From positions 1 through 64,000 of the forward strand of contig JBGAQA010000021.1 of the NCBI GenBank assembly GCA_044220955.1: a stretch of 64,000 nucleotides of DNA, in the 5' to 3' direction. The DNA comes from Sandaracinaceae bacterium (GTDB lineage Bacteria; Myxococcota_A; Polyangia; Polyangiales; Sandaracinaceae). Shown here in pieces: positions 17,279-28,832 of the stretch (positions are counted from its first letter, which is position 1; each line of letters begins with the position of its first letter). The notes beneath the pieces were generated by a model. The model saw only the letters and a list, made by a program, of their open reading frames with translations, was not told where the DNA came from and did no database searches. The translations under genes were made by a program, and so were the position numbers.

Positions 17279-20200
17279 ATGGCCGACCCTCCCGACAAGA
17301 GACCTCCGAAGCCGCGACCCGACGCCGGGGCCCGCGCCGACTCCACGATGGAGGTGGCGCTCGACGAGGTCGTCGAGGAGCCGCGGACCGCGCCGACGAA
17401 GGCGCCGCGCGCCGACGGGAGCCTCGACGCGATGCTCACCGATCTCGAGCGGGACGTGGTGAGCAAGCCTCGGCGTGAGCCGACCGTCCCCCCTCCGCCG
17501 CCTGCAGAGCGGCGCTCGGTCCCGCCGCCGCCGGCGCCCGCCGCCGTTCGCGCGCAGACGCCTTCCGTCCGCCCACCGCGACCGGGCGTCGTCCCGGCTC
17601 CGACCGCACCTCGCGCCGCGCCCCCGCCCCGGGCGCCGGCTCCGCCGCCCCGCGATCGACCTCGCCCGCCGGGGCCGGGTGGCTCGAGCCCGGCGGTCCC
17701 GGCTGCGTCGGGATCCCCGCCGGCGGCGGCCGCGCCGCCGGTCGCGCCGACGCCCCCCGCATCCGTCCGCGCGAGCGAGGCCGGCGTCGATTCGTGGGAG
17801 CGGGAGCTGCTCGAGCTGACCGATCCGCTCCGGCGCGCGCGCCTGCACTTCGAGATCGCGCGGCAACACGAGCTCGGCAGCGCCGACTTCCGCAAGGCGA
17901 GCCAGCACTACCTCGAGGCGCTCGCCAAGATGCCCGAGCACGTCCCGACGCTACAGGGTGCGCGCCGCGCCCTTCTCGCGCTGAAGTCGTACAAGGAGGC
18001 GCTGCCGCTCTTCGACGCGGAGTCGCGCATCACGCGCGATCCCAGGCGGCGGGCTGCGCTCCACGTCGCGAAGGGGCGCGTGCTCGAGGATCTCCTCGGT
18101 CAGAAGGCGGAGGCGCGGGCGCAGTACGCCATCGCGCTCGATCTCGATCGCGGCGACCGGGCCGCGCTGCGCGCGCTCGAGCAGTCGGACCTCGAGGCGG
18201 CCTCGTGGGTGGAGCTCGCGCGGACCTACGAGAAGGCGGCGAACGCCGCGTCCGGCGACCCGCGTCACCGGGCCGCGCTCGTCACGGCGCGCGCGCGCGT
18301 GGTCGAGGTCCGGCACAAGGACGTCGAGGCGGCGATCGAGCTCTACCAGACGGCGCTGCGCCTCGACCCGGACGCTGCGTTCGCGCTCGAGGCGCTCGAG
18401 CGTCTCCTGCACGGCCAGCGACGGTGGCGCGACCTGGCGGCCCTGCTCGAGCGCAAGGTGGCACGCGCGACCGACGCCTTCACGCGCGCGATGGCCCTGC
18501 ACCGCATCGCGCACCTCTCGGCGGAGAGGCTGGGCAACCGCGACGAAGCCATCGCTGCGCTCGAGCGCGCGGTCGTCGAAGCGCCGACCGAGCCCGTCGT
18601 GCTCGAAGATCTCGCGCGGCTCTACGACGCGGCGGACCGGGCGGAGCCGCTCGTGCGAGTGCTCGAGGCCCTCGCGGCCCTTCCCTCGGCGTCGCGCTTC
18701 GATCGCGTGTCCTTGCTCCACCGCATCGGGACGCTGCGCGAGGACAAGCTCGACGACCAGGCCGGCGCCGTCGTCGCGTACGAGCGAGTGCTCGCGCTCG
18801 ATCCGCTGCACTTGCCGACGCTGCAGGCCCTGACGCGGATCTACGACGCGCTGAGCGACCACGCGTCCCTCGTCCGGATCCTCGCGGCGGAGTCCGAGGC
18901 GAGCCCCGAGCCGCGCCGCCGGGCTGCTGCGCACGCTCGCATCGCCGAGCTGCTGGAGACCGCGCAGCGGGACCCGGAGCAAGCGATCGAGCACCACGCC
19001 CGCGCGCTCACGCTGGTGCCGGGCTACGCCCCCTCCTTCAAGGCGCTGACCCGCCTCTACGCCACGGCGCACAAGTGGCGCGAGCTCGCGCTCCTCTACG
19101 CCAGGGCAGCGGACGGCGCGAGCGGCGAGGCGGCGATCACCTACCTGATGAAGCTCGGCGCGGTCTACGAGGACGCGCTCGACGAGCCTGCGCAGGCGCT
19201 CGCCGCCTACCAGCGCATCGTCGCGATCGACGGCAAGCACCTCGGCGCGATTCACGCGATGCAGCGCGCCGCCGAGCGGGCGAGGCGGCCCGCGGAGCTG
19301 GTCGACGCGCTCGAGCGCGAGGCGGCGCTCATCCGCGATCCGAAGGCGACGCTCGGCATCGTGCACCGCGCCGGCGAGGTGCTCGACGAGCTGGCAGGGG
19401 ACCGGGACGGCGCGATCGCGCGCTTCCGTCGCGCGCTCTCGGTCGATCCGACGTACGCGCCCGCGCTCACCAGCCTCGGCCGCCTGCTCGCGCGCGCCGG
19501 TCGCTGGGAGGAGCTGCTCGATCTCTACAAGCGCGAGCTCGAGCTCGCGAAGGAGGCGGAGACCGTCGTCGGGCTGCGCCTGAAGATGGCCGAGCTCTGC
19601 GAGGAACGCATCGGCCGCGACGACGAGGCGCTCGTGCACTACCGCGCCGCCGTCGAGGCCGACCCCCGCAACGTGCGGGCGCTGCGCATGCTGGCCCGCA
19701 AGCTCCGAGACCGCGGCGCGTGGGACGAGCTCGTGCGCACGCTCGAGCGCGAGCTGGCGGCGCACGATACCCCGAAGGGCGCCAAGCCCGAGGCGAGCGG
19801 GGCGAGCCCGATCGCGCGCGCGCGCGCCGCCCACCGCGCGGCGGAGGTGCGAGAAGAGCGCCTCAACGAGGGCGGCAAGGCCCTGGCGCTCTACGAGGCA
19901 GCCCGCGATGCGGACCCGGGGTACCGGCCGGCGGCGGACGCGGTCGCGCGCCTGCGGGCCGCGGACGGTTCGTACAAGAAGCTGCTCGACGAGCTCGATC
20001 GGGAGGCGCACGCCTCCACGGACGACGCCGTCGCGCTGGCCGCGTTCCTGCGCGCCGCCGAGGTCGCGATCGAGCACCTGAACGACCCCAAGCGGGCGCT
20101 CGGATTCGTGGAGGAGGCGCTCTCGCGCGATCCGGGCAACCTCGCCGCCCTGCTCCTGGCGGAGCCGCTGATGCGCCGGACGCAGGCGTTCGAGCCGCTC

Positions 20201-22729
20201 GCGGGGGTGCTGGCGTCGCTCGCGCGGGTCCACGTCGAGCCCGAGTCGCGCGTCGCGGCCCTGCGCGATCTCGCGCGCGTGCAGGAGACGAAGCTCGGGG
20301 CCAAGGCGGCGGACCTGCGCGCGACGTACGAGGCGATCCTCTCGCTCTCACCGGCCGATCCGCTCGCGCTCGCCAGCCTCGAGCGGATCGCCCTCGAGAC
20401 CGGGGACCGCGCGCTGCTCGCGACGATCGACGGACGCATCGCCGACGGCTCGGGCGATCCCGCGATCGCGGCGGCGCATCGCGCGCGGCTGGCCGAGGCC
20501 CTCCTCGAGTCGCGCGATCCGCGTGCCGTCGATGCTTTCGCCGCGGCCGTCGCCGCCGATCCCGAGAGCCTGGCCGCCGTACGTGGTCTGGGCCGCGCCG
20601 CCGAGGCGGGGGGCGATGCGAAGACCGTCGCCGACGCCCTCCGCCGCGAAGCGCGCCTGGTCGAGAGCCCGCGCAGGGCGGCGGCGCTCCTCGTGCGCGC
20701 GGGCACGATCACGAGCGACACGCTCGTCGATGCGGCGGCCGCGTACCCCGACTTCGAGCGCGCGCTCGAGCTCGACCCCGACAACGCCGAGGCGCCCGGC
20801 CGCGTCCTCGACATCTTGCTCACGCAGAACGAGGCAGGACGCGCGGCCGATCGGCTCGGACGCGCCGCGCTCGCGGCGAAGGCGCCCGAGCGGGTCTCGG
20901 CGCTCTCGCTCGAGGTCGCGCGGCTCCAGTCGGAGGTGCTCGGCGACACCGCAGGCGGCATCGCGACGCTCGTGCGCGCGCTCAAGTCCTCGCCGACCGA
21001 CCTCGCGCTGCTCCGGTCCGCAGCGCGGCTCTACGGAGCGGCCGGCCAGTGGTCGGAGGCGGCGGAGAAGCTCCGCGCCATCATCGCGCTGGGCCCGAGC
21101 AAGGAGGTCCTGCGTGACGTCCACCTCGACCTCGGCGCGATCGAGGTCGATCGTCTGGCCGACGTGCCGCGCGCCCGCGCGAGCGTGAACGCCGTGCTCG
21201 CGACGGAGGCCGAGTGCCCCCCCGCGCTCGCGATCCTCGCGCGGATCGAGCGCAAGGCCGGCCAGCTCGATCGCGCGGCCGACGCGCTCAGGCGACTCGC
21301 GGCGGCCTCGCGCGGCCGTGCCGAGCAGGCGGCGGCGTTCGTGGAGCTCTCGCGGCTCGAGCGAGATCGCAAGGACGAGGTCCGGGCGCTCGACGCCCTG
21401 GCGGAGGCGGTGGCCATCGAGGGCCCCTACGGTCCCTCGGGCCAGGTGTTCCGCAGCGCGATCGCGAAGGGCGACTCGAACGGGTGGTCGCGCTACGGGC
21501 AGGCCCTCTACGATCACCTGCGCCGGAGCAAGAGCGATCCCAAGCACCCCGCCCCTGCGACCGTGTACATGGACCTCGCGGACGTGCTCTCCGACACGCT
21601 CGGGCGCCACGAGGCAGCGCTCGAGGTGCTGCGCGAAGCGATGCGCGCGCACGCGGACAACCCCGATCTCGCACGGCGCTTCGCCCGGCAGACGCTGCGC
21701 GCGGGGCGACCCATCGAGGGCGTGGAGACGCTGCGGCGGCTGGTGGACCTGCAGCCGGCGAACGCAGACCTGGCGCGCGAGCTCGCGGCGCTGCTGGGCG
21801 CGATCGCACCCGATACCCGCGCGATCGGCGTGGGGCCCCTGCTCTTGCTCGGCGCGGCGAGCAGCGAGGAGGAGCAGCGCGTGCGTGGCCGGCCGCCGCC
21901 GCTGCCGCGCGTTCTCCAGGGCAGCTTCGGCAGCGAGACGCTCGCCCTGCTCTATCGCCTCGACTTCAGCTCGCCGACCTTCGCGATGCTCGGCGCGCTG
22001 CCGGAGGCGATCGTCAAGCTCTACCCCGCCGATCTCGACGGCCTCGGCGTGGGCCGGGGAGATCGCCTCGCGCCGCGATCGGGGCACCCGGTGCGGGTCC
22101 TGGCCGATCGGCTCGCGGCCATCCTCTCGGTCGGTGAGGTCGAGCTCTACACGCACCGCGTGCGCGGACGCGGGATCGCGATCGAGCTGTCCGATCCGGT
22201 GTCGGTCCTCGTGCCTTCGATGCTGGGCGAGCTGCCCGAGGCCGCGCAGATCTTCCTGCTCGGTCGTGCCCTCGCGAACGCCACGCTCGGCCTCTCGGTC
22301 TTCGACAAGCTCACGCCACGAGAGCTCGAGGTGATGCTCGCCGCGGCAGCGCGCGTGGTCTCGCCGCAGTTCGGACAGGGGCTCACCAGCGAGGACGTCC
22401 TCGATGATCAGAGCCGGCGCATCCAGCGCGCCCTCTCGCGCAAGGCGCGGCGCATCCTCGAGGAGGTCGCGCCCCGCTACGTCGCCATGCCCGGCTCGGA
22501 TCTGCCGAACCTCGCGCGCGCCGTCTCGCTGGGCGCGGCGCGAACGGCGGCCCTGCTCGCCGACGATCTGCCGGCGAGCGTCGAGGCGCTGCGGCGCACG
22601 GAGCGGGACTACGGCTCGTCGTCCGTCGTCGAGCTCGCTGCGGGCGCACCGCTCGTCGCCGACCTGATCCGCTTCTGGACCTCCGACGTCGCGCTCGACA
22701 TCCGCCGGCGCGCCGGTCTGCTGCCCTAG
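17279..22729 (+). CDS. Giant TPR-repeat protein (1816 aa), myxobacterial AgmK-like architecture
   Basis: Pro-rich N-terminus, dozens of A...Y..AL..DP....AL..L.RL repeats, distinct C-terminal globular domain. Confidence 0.85.
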   Translation: MADPPDKRPPKPRPDAGARADSTMEVALDEVVEEPRTAPTKAPRADGSLDAMLTDLERDVVSKPRREPTVPPPPPAERRSVPPPPAPAAVRAQTPSVRPPRPGVVPAPTAPRAAPPPRAPAPPPRDRPRPPGPGGSSPAVPAASGSPPAAAAPPVAPTPPASVRASEAGVDSWERELLELTDPLRRARLHFEIARQHELGSADFRKASQHYLEALAKMPEHVPTLQGARRALLALKSYKEALPLFDAESRITRDPRRRAALHVAKGRVLEDLLGQKAEARAQYAIALDLDRGDRAALRALEQSDLEAASWVELARTYEKAANAASGDPRHRAALVTARARVVEVRHKDVEAAIELYQTALRLDPDAAFALEALERLLHGQRRWRDLAALLERKVARATDAFTRAMALHRIAHLSAERLGNRDEAIAALERAVVEAPTEPVVLEDLARLYDAADRAEPLVRVLEALAALPSASRFDRVSLLHRIGTLREDKLDDQAGAVVAYERVLALDPLHLPTLQALTRIYDALSDHASLVRILAAESEASPEPRRRAAAHARIAELLETAQRDPEQAIEHHARALTLVPGYAPSFKALTRLYATAHKWRELALLYARAADGASGEAAITYLMKLGAVYEDALDEPAQALAAYQRIVAIDGKHLGAIHAMQRAAERARRPAELVDALEREAALIRDPKATLGIVHRAGEVLDELAGDRDGAIARFRRALSVDPTYAPALTSLGRLLARAGRWEELLDLYKRELELAKEAETVVGLRLKMAELCEERIGRDDEALVHYRAAVEADPRNVRALRMLARKLRDRGAWDELVRTLERELAAHDTPKGAKPEASGASPIARARAAHRAAEVREERLNEGGKALALYEAARDADPGYRPAADAVARLRAADGSYKKLLDELDREAHASTDDAVALAAFLRAAEVAIEHLNDPKRALGFVEEALSRDPGNLAALLLAEPLMRRTQAFEPLAGVLASLARVHVEPESRVAALRDLARVQETKLGAKAADLRATYEAILSLSPADPLALASLERIALETGDRALLATIDGRIADGSGDPAIAAAHRARLAEALLESRDPRAVDAFAAAVAADPESLAAVRGLGRAAEAGGDAKTVADALRREARLVESPRRAAALLVRAGTITSDTLVDAAAAYPDFERALELDPDNAEAPGRVLDILLTQNEAGRAADRLGRAALAAKAPERVSALSLEVARLQSEVLGDTAGGIATLVRALKSSPTDLALLRSAARLYGAAGQWSEAAEKLRAIIALGPSKEVLRDVHLDLGAIEVDRLADVPRARASVNAVLATEAECPPALAILARIERKAGQLDRAADALRRLAAASRGRAEQAAAFVELSRLERDRKDEVRALDALAEAVAIEGPYGPSGQVFRSAIAKGDSNGWSRYGQALYDHLRRSKSDPKHPAPATVYMDLADVLSDTLGRHEAALEVLREAMRAHADNPDLARRFARQTLRAGRPIEGVETLRRLVDLQPANADLARELAALLGAIAPDTRAIGVGPLLLLGAASSEEEQRVRGRPPPLPRVLQGSFGSETLALLYRLDFSSPTFAMLGALPEAIVKLYPADLDGLGVGRGDRLAPRSGHPVRVLADRLAAILSVGEVELYTHRVRGRGIAIELSDPVSVLVPSMLGELPEAAQIFLLGRALANATLGLSVFDKLTPRELEVMLAAAARVVSPQFGQGLTSEDVLDDQSRRIQRALSRKARRILEEVAPRYVAMPGSDLPNLARAVSLGAARTAALLADDLPASVEALRRTERDYGSSSVVELAAGAPLVADLIRFWTSDVALDIRRRAGLLP

Positions 22730-22755
22730 CCAGCCCCTCTTCGCCCGAGGTATCG

Positions 22756-23277
22756 ATGAAGTCTCGCATCCGCACGCTGATCGACGAAGCCACCATCCAG
22801 AAGCGCGTGAAGGAGCTCGGCGCACGGATCACCCAGGCGCACCAGGGCCGGGAGCTCGTGATGGTCCCGGTGCTGAAGGGCAGCCTCGTGTTTGGCGCGG
22901 ATCTCATCCGCCAGATCGATCTGCCGCTCTCCATCGACTTCCTCGGGTGCCGGAGCTACGGCGACGGGACGGAGACCAGCGGCGTGGTGCAGATCACCTA
23001 CGACCTGACCAAGCCCATCGAGGGCAAGGACGTGATCATCGTCGAGGACATCGTCGACACCGGGCTCACGATGTCCTACCTGCTGAAGAACCTCGCGACG
23101 CGGAGGCCTCGCTCGCTCGAGCTCTGCTCGCTCCTGCACAAGCCAGCGCGAACGCGCGTCGAGGTGCCCATCGATCACCTCGGCTTCACGATCGAGGACG
23201 TCTTCGTGGTCGGCTACGGCCTGGACTACGGAGAGAAGCACCGAAACCTGCCGTACCTGGGCGTCCTCGAGCAGTAG
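22756..23277 (+). CDS. hpt: Hypoxanthine phosphoribosyltransferase
   Basis: VLKGS, SYGDGTETSG, IIVEDIVDTGLT PRPP-binding motif, FVVGYGLDY. Confidence 0.96.
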   Translation: MKSRIRTLIDEATIQKRVKELGARITQAHQGRELVMVPVLKGSLVFGADLIRQIDLPLSIDFLGCRSYGDGTETSGVVQITYDLTKPIEGKDVIIVEDIVDTGLTMSYLLKNLATRRPRSLELCSLLHKPARTRVEVPIDHLGFTIEDVFVVGYGLDYGEKHRNLPYLGVLEQ

Positions 23278-23284
23278 GAGACCG

Positions 23285-23589
23285 ATGTCGAAACGGCTGC
23301 AAGTGATCGAGGCGATCATCGCCAAGGGCTCGCGCGATCCCTTCCACTTCTACGCGCGCGCGATGGAGCTGCGCTCCGCCGGCCGCAAGGACGAGGCGCT
23401 CGCGGCGCTCGAGCAGGTCACGAGCGAGCACCCGGCGTACGTCCCGACGTACCTCATGGCGGCGCAGCTCGCGCAGGAGCTGGGGCGCGGCGACGACGCG
23501 CGGCGGCTCGCCGATCTGGGGATCGCGACGGCTCGATCGGCGGGTGACGACCATGCCCTCTCGGAGCTCTCCACCCTGCGAGGCACGCT

Positions 23590-23593
<4 letters not shown>
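23285..23593 (+). CDS. Small TPR protein
   Basis: SD AGGAG; DPFHFYARAMEL...P.YVPTYLMAAQL...G..A...GD.HALSEL. Confidence 0.8.
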
Positions 23594-25317
<1,724 letters not shown>

Positions 25318-25347
25318 GCGAGCGCCGGATCTCGAGCCCGGAGCCGG

Positions 25348-26562
25348 CTACTCGCCCCCGAGGCCGAAGCCGTCGTGGAGCGCGCGGACGGCGAGCTCGC
25401 CGTACTTGCTCGCGATGAGGCAGGAGACCTTGATCTCGCTGGTGCTCACGGCGTCGATGGTGATGCCCTCGTCGGCGAGCAGGCGGAACATCTTCGCGGC
25501 GACGCCGGCGTGCGAGCGCATGCCGAGGCCGACGATCGAGACCTTCACCACGTCCTGGCGTGCGGTCACGTCGGCGGCGCCCGAGACCTGCAGCCTGGCG
25601 ATGGTCTGTGCGCGCTCGAGCTCGCCCTTCGGCACGGTGAACGTGAGATCCGTGGCGCCGTCGACGGATGGGTTCTGGATGATCATGTCGACCGACACGC
25701 GCGCCTCGGCGAGCGCCGAGAAGAGCGCCGCGACGCCGCGCGTGCTCTGGGGCATGCGGCGCACGGTCACCTGCGCCTCGTTCTTGTCGCTCGTCACGCC
25801 CGCGACGACCACGCTCTCGAGGGATTCGTCTTCGCCCACGACCCACGTCCCTTCCACGTCCGAGAAGCTCGAGCGCACGTGCACCGGCACGGCGTACTTC
25901 ATCGCGAGCTCCACGGACCGAATCTGGAGCACCTTCGCGCCGAGCGACGCGAGCTCGAGCATCTCTTCGTAGCTGATGCGCGAGACCTTGCGCGCGTTCT
26001 TCACGATGTTCGGATCGGCGGTGTAGACGCCGTCGACGTCCGTGTAGATCTCGCAGACGACGCCCTGGCCGAGCGCCGCGGCGATGGCGACGGCGCTCGT
26101 ATCGGAGCCGCCGCGACCGAGCGTGGTGACGTTGCCCTCGTCGTCGACGCCCTGGAAGCCCGCGACGATCGCGACCTTGCCTTCCTTGATGGTGTCGAGC
26201 AGGCGGTCGGCGTCGATGCCGCGGATCCGCGCCTTGGTGAACGCGCTGTCGGTGCGCAGGTGCACCTGGTGCGCGAGGAAGGAGCGCGCCGGGACGTCGA
26301 GCGCGTTGAGCGCGATCGCGAGCAGCGCGACCGAGACCTGCTCGCCCGTGGCGACGAGCGCGTCGAGCTCCCGCGGGTCGGGCGTCTTGGTCAGCTCGGC
26401 GCCCAGCGCGAGCAGCCGGTTCGTCTCCCCCGCCATCGCGCTCGCGACCACGACGACGTCGTGGCCCTCCGCGCGCGTGCGCGCGACGCGCCTGGCCACG
26501 CTGCGGATGCGCTCGATCGAGCCGACGCTGGTCCCGCCGAACTTCTGGACGATGAGGGTCAC
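25348..26562 (-). CDS. lysC: Aspartate kinase with two ACT domains
   Basis: VQKFGGTSVG, TTLGRGGSDTSA, YTDVDGVYTADP, VDMIIQN, STSEIKVSCLI. Confidence 0.96.
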   Translation of the reverse strand: MTLIVQKFGGTSVGSIERIRSVARRVARTRAEGHDVVVVASAMAGETNRLLALGAELTKTPDPRELDALVATGEQVSVALLAIALNALDVPARSFLAHQVHLRTDSAFTKARIRGIDADRLLDTIKEGKVAIVAGFQGVDDEGNVTTLGRGGSDTSAVAIAAALGQGVVCEIYTDVDGVYTADPNIVKNARKVSRISYEEMLELASLGAKVLQIRSVELAMKYAVPVHVRSSFSDVEGTWVVGEDESLESVVVAGVTSDKNEAQVTVRRMPQSTRGVAALFSALAEARVSVDMIIQNPSVDGATDLTFTVPKGELERAQTIARLQVSGAADVTARQDVVKVSIVGLGMRSHAGVAAKMFRLLADEGITIDAVSTSEIKVSCLIASKYGELAVRALHDGFGLGGE

Positions 26563-26572
26563 GGCGCGCGGG

Positions 26573-26600
26573 ATGGTACGGGAGCGCCGCGCTGCGTCAA
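26573..26600 (-). promoter_or_regulatory. Putative sigma70 promoter of lysC
   Basis: TTGACG, 16 nt, TACCAT, then 10 nt to GTG. Confidence 0.5.
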
Positions 26601-26630
26601 TGGCGCGCCGCATCGGCTACACTGCCGGCC

Positions 26631-27101
26631 GTGCGGCTCGTCCTGCTCGCCCTCGGTCTCACCGCTTGCTTCGGCCCCAACGGGCCCGGGTGTCCGGCGA
26701 CGGACTGCGCGTGCAACGCCACCGGCTGCGCGTGCCCGAGCGGCCGCACGTGCGGCTGGAGCGCCGTGAACGGGTGCAGCGCCGCGTCGGCAGGATGCCA
26801 CCTCGGGTGCACGAGCGCCGCGTGCAACGCGAGCTGCGGGTCGACCTGCGAGGCGACCTGCACCGACGGGTCGAGCTGCGACGTGATCGCCACGAGCGGA
26901 GCCAACATGGTCTGCCGCGGCTCGAGCTGTCTGCTCAGCGTCGGTAGCGGCGGCACCGTGAGCTGCAGCGGGAGCGCGACCTGCAACGTCACCTGCACCG
27001 GCTCGCCCTGCAGCGTCACGTGCGACGACACCTCGAGCTGCACGCTCCGGTGTGGCGCGGCGGCGCCGACCACGGTGCGCGGCGCCGACACCTGCAGCTG
27101 A
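26631..27101 (+). CDS. Cys-rich lipoprotein (25 Cys in 156 aa)
   Basis: Lipobox LTAC; repeated C-x3-C-x3/5 pattern; TACACT 7 nt upstream of GTG. Confidence 0.8.
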   Translation: MRLVLLALGLTACFGPNGPGCPATDCACNATGCACPSGRTCGWSAVNGCSAASAGCHLGCTSAACNASCGSTCEATCTDGSSCDVIATSGANMVCRGSSCLLSVGSGGTVSCSGSATCNVTCTGSPCSVTCDDTSSCTLRCGAAAPTTVRGADTCS

Positions 27102-27122
27102 GCGCGCGCGTCGTGCGCGCGT

Positions 27123-27608
27123 CTACTCGATCGAGACGTCCTCGCTCGGAGGCGCCTCGCCGCTCTCGGGAGGGACCTCGGCCGCGCCGTCGTCGTCGCT
27201 CGCCGGCGGCTCGGCGGGCCGCGAGACGTGGACGCGTGGCGGCAGCCCGAAGTCCTCGCGCAGCTTGCGGCCGAGCCTCGTGAGCACGTGCTGCTCGACG
27301 TAGGTCGGCATCGACGGGATGTGCACGGTCACGCGCACGCGCTCGGTGCCGTGCTCGTCCGTCGTGCGCACGAGCTCCACGCTGCCGCCGTACGTGTGGC
27401 CGGCCGTGCCGGGGTAGTCGAACATCACGAAGCCGATCGCGTCGTCGCGGTCGGTGATCTGGCAGCCGAGGTCCACGCGCAAGAGGCGGATGGTCGTCTG
27501 CCACAGCTGCTCGTAGCGGTAGGTGTACTCGGTGCTCGCGCGGGCGGCCGCCTGCGTGGCCGGGAGCGAGACGAGCACGAGAACCAGAGCCGCGAGCCAG
27601 GTGCGCAT
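27123..27608 (-). CDS. Exported hypothetical protein
   Basis: Signal peptide MRTWLAALVLVLVSLPATQAAA; compact alpha/beta region, Pro/acidic tail. Confidence 0.72.
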   Translation of the reverse strand: MRTWLAALVLVLVSLPATQAAARASTEYTYRYEQLWQTTIRLLRVDLGCQITDRDDAIGFVMFDYPGTAGHTYGGSVELVRTTDEHGTERVRVTVHIPSMPTYVEQHVLTRLGRKLREDFGLPPRVHVSRPAEPPASDDDGAAEVPPESGEAPPSEDVSIE

Positions 27609-27703
27609 GCCCGGACCGTCCGCCCGCCCCGCCGGCCGGCGCAAGTTTTCGGTCGGCAATTCTGCGGCCCGCGCGCCTCTCCGGGCCTCCCGCCTCGGTC
27701 GCC

Positions 27704-28780
27704 TCAGGCCATCTCGGCCGCGGCCTGGACGTCGGCCCGCACGAGATCCGCGAAGGAGAGCCTCATGATGTAGAGGGGCACGACCCCTGCGACGCAGAGC
27801 AGCAGGGCCTGCGTGGAGTAGAGCAGGAACACGTAGACGGAGCCGGCGCCGCCCACGATCTCCTCGGCGAGGTACAGCCGCAGCCCGGTCAGCACGGCGA
27901 GCTGGAAGTTGCCGAACATCCCGGGCCCGGCCGGCAAGAGCACGCCGATCGCGAGGATGCCCATCAGCGCCGCTGCGTGGCCGAACGTCAGGTCGAGCCC
28001 GCACGCGCGCGCCAGGACCCACATGCCCGTGGCGTTCAGGCCCCAGTACACGAGCGACTCGCTCAGGAACCCGAAGGCGAGCCGCGGGCGCGCGATCGAC
28101 CGGATGCCGTCGGCGATGCCCATCACCTTCTCGCTCAGGCGCTCGGCGAGCGACTTCGAGACGATGCCGAACGTCCAGCGCACGAGCTTCTTCGCGATCT
28201 CGCGCTGCCAGAGGAAGAGGACGAGGCCGCAGAAGGCCGCGCCGAAGGCGGTGACGGCGAGCCAGCCGTAGTAGGGCAGGCTCCGCGCGATCGGGTCGTC
28301 GGTCTCGAGCTGCGGCAGGAACGCGAGGCCCCACACCACGCAGAGGCTCGTCAACAGGCCGTCGAACACCCGCTCGAGCGCCACGGTCCCGAAGCCGACC
28401 GAGAGCGGGATGCCGAGGCGCATCTTCGAGACGGCGGGACGCGCGAGCTCGCCGATCCGCAGCGGGAGCACGAAGATCGCGAAGAACCCGACCCAGTTGA
28501 TCAGCACGCCCTGCCAGAACGGCACGTCGGCCTTCACCGGCGCGACGAGGAAGCGCCACCGGGTCGCCCGGACGAAGTGCATCGAGAGCAGCACGAGGGC
28601 GTAGACGCCGAGCCACCGCGGATCCACGGCGCGCAGCTCCGCCATCGTGGGGATGAGCGGCACGCCGCCCCGCGCGATGAGCCAAGCGAAGATCCCGCCG
28701 AGCACGAGCGAGAGCAGCAGGCGCGGAAGTAGCTTCCGGAAGGTGCTCTCTTCGGGGGTGTTGCCGGGACCGGTCGCCAT
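27704..28780 (-). CDS. Lysylphosphatidylglycerol synthase TM / UPF0104 flippase-like membrane protein
   Basis: RATRWRFL, LPLRIGELAR, VALERVFD, LPAGPGMFGNFQ; multiple TMs. Confidence 0.88.
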   Translation of the reverse strand: MATGPGNTPEESTFRKLLPRLLLSLVLGGIFAWLIARGGVPLIPTMAELRAVDPRWLGVYALVLLSMHFVRATRWRFLVAPVKADVPFWQGVLINWVGFFAIFVLPLRIGELARPAVSKMRLGIPLSVGFGTVALERVFDGLLTSLCVVWGLAFLPQLETDDPIARSLPYYGWLAVTAFGAAFCGLVLFLWQREIAKKLVRWTFGIVSKSLAERLSEKVMGIADGIRSIARPRLAFGFLSESLVYWGLNATGMWVLARACGLDLTFGHAAALMGILAIGVLLPAGPGMFGNFQLAVLTGLRLYLAEEIVGGAGSVYVFLLYSTQALLLCVAGVVPLYIMRLSFADLVRADVQAAAEMA

Positions 28781-28832
28781 GCTGCTCGGAAGCTCGGGAA
28801 AAAAGCGCCCCAGCGATAGCAGCGGGGGGACG

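Noticed and set aside
17794..22825. Long alternative ORFs (1107, 760 and 825 aa) over the giant TPR gene
   Set aside because: Shadow or antisense frames caused by stop-codon scarcity at high GC
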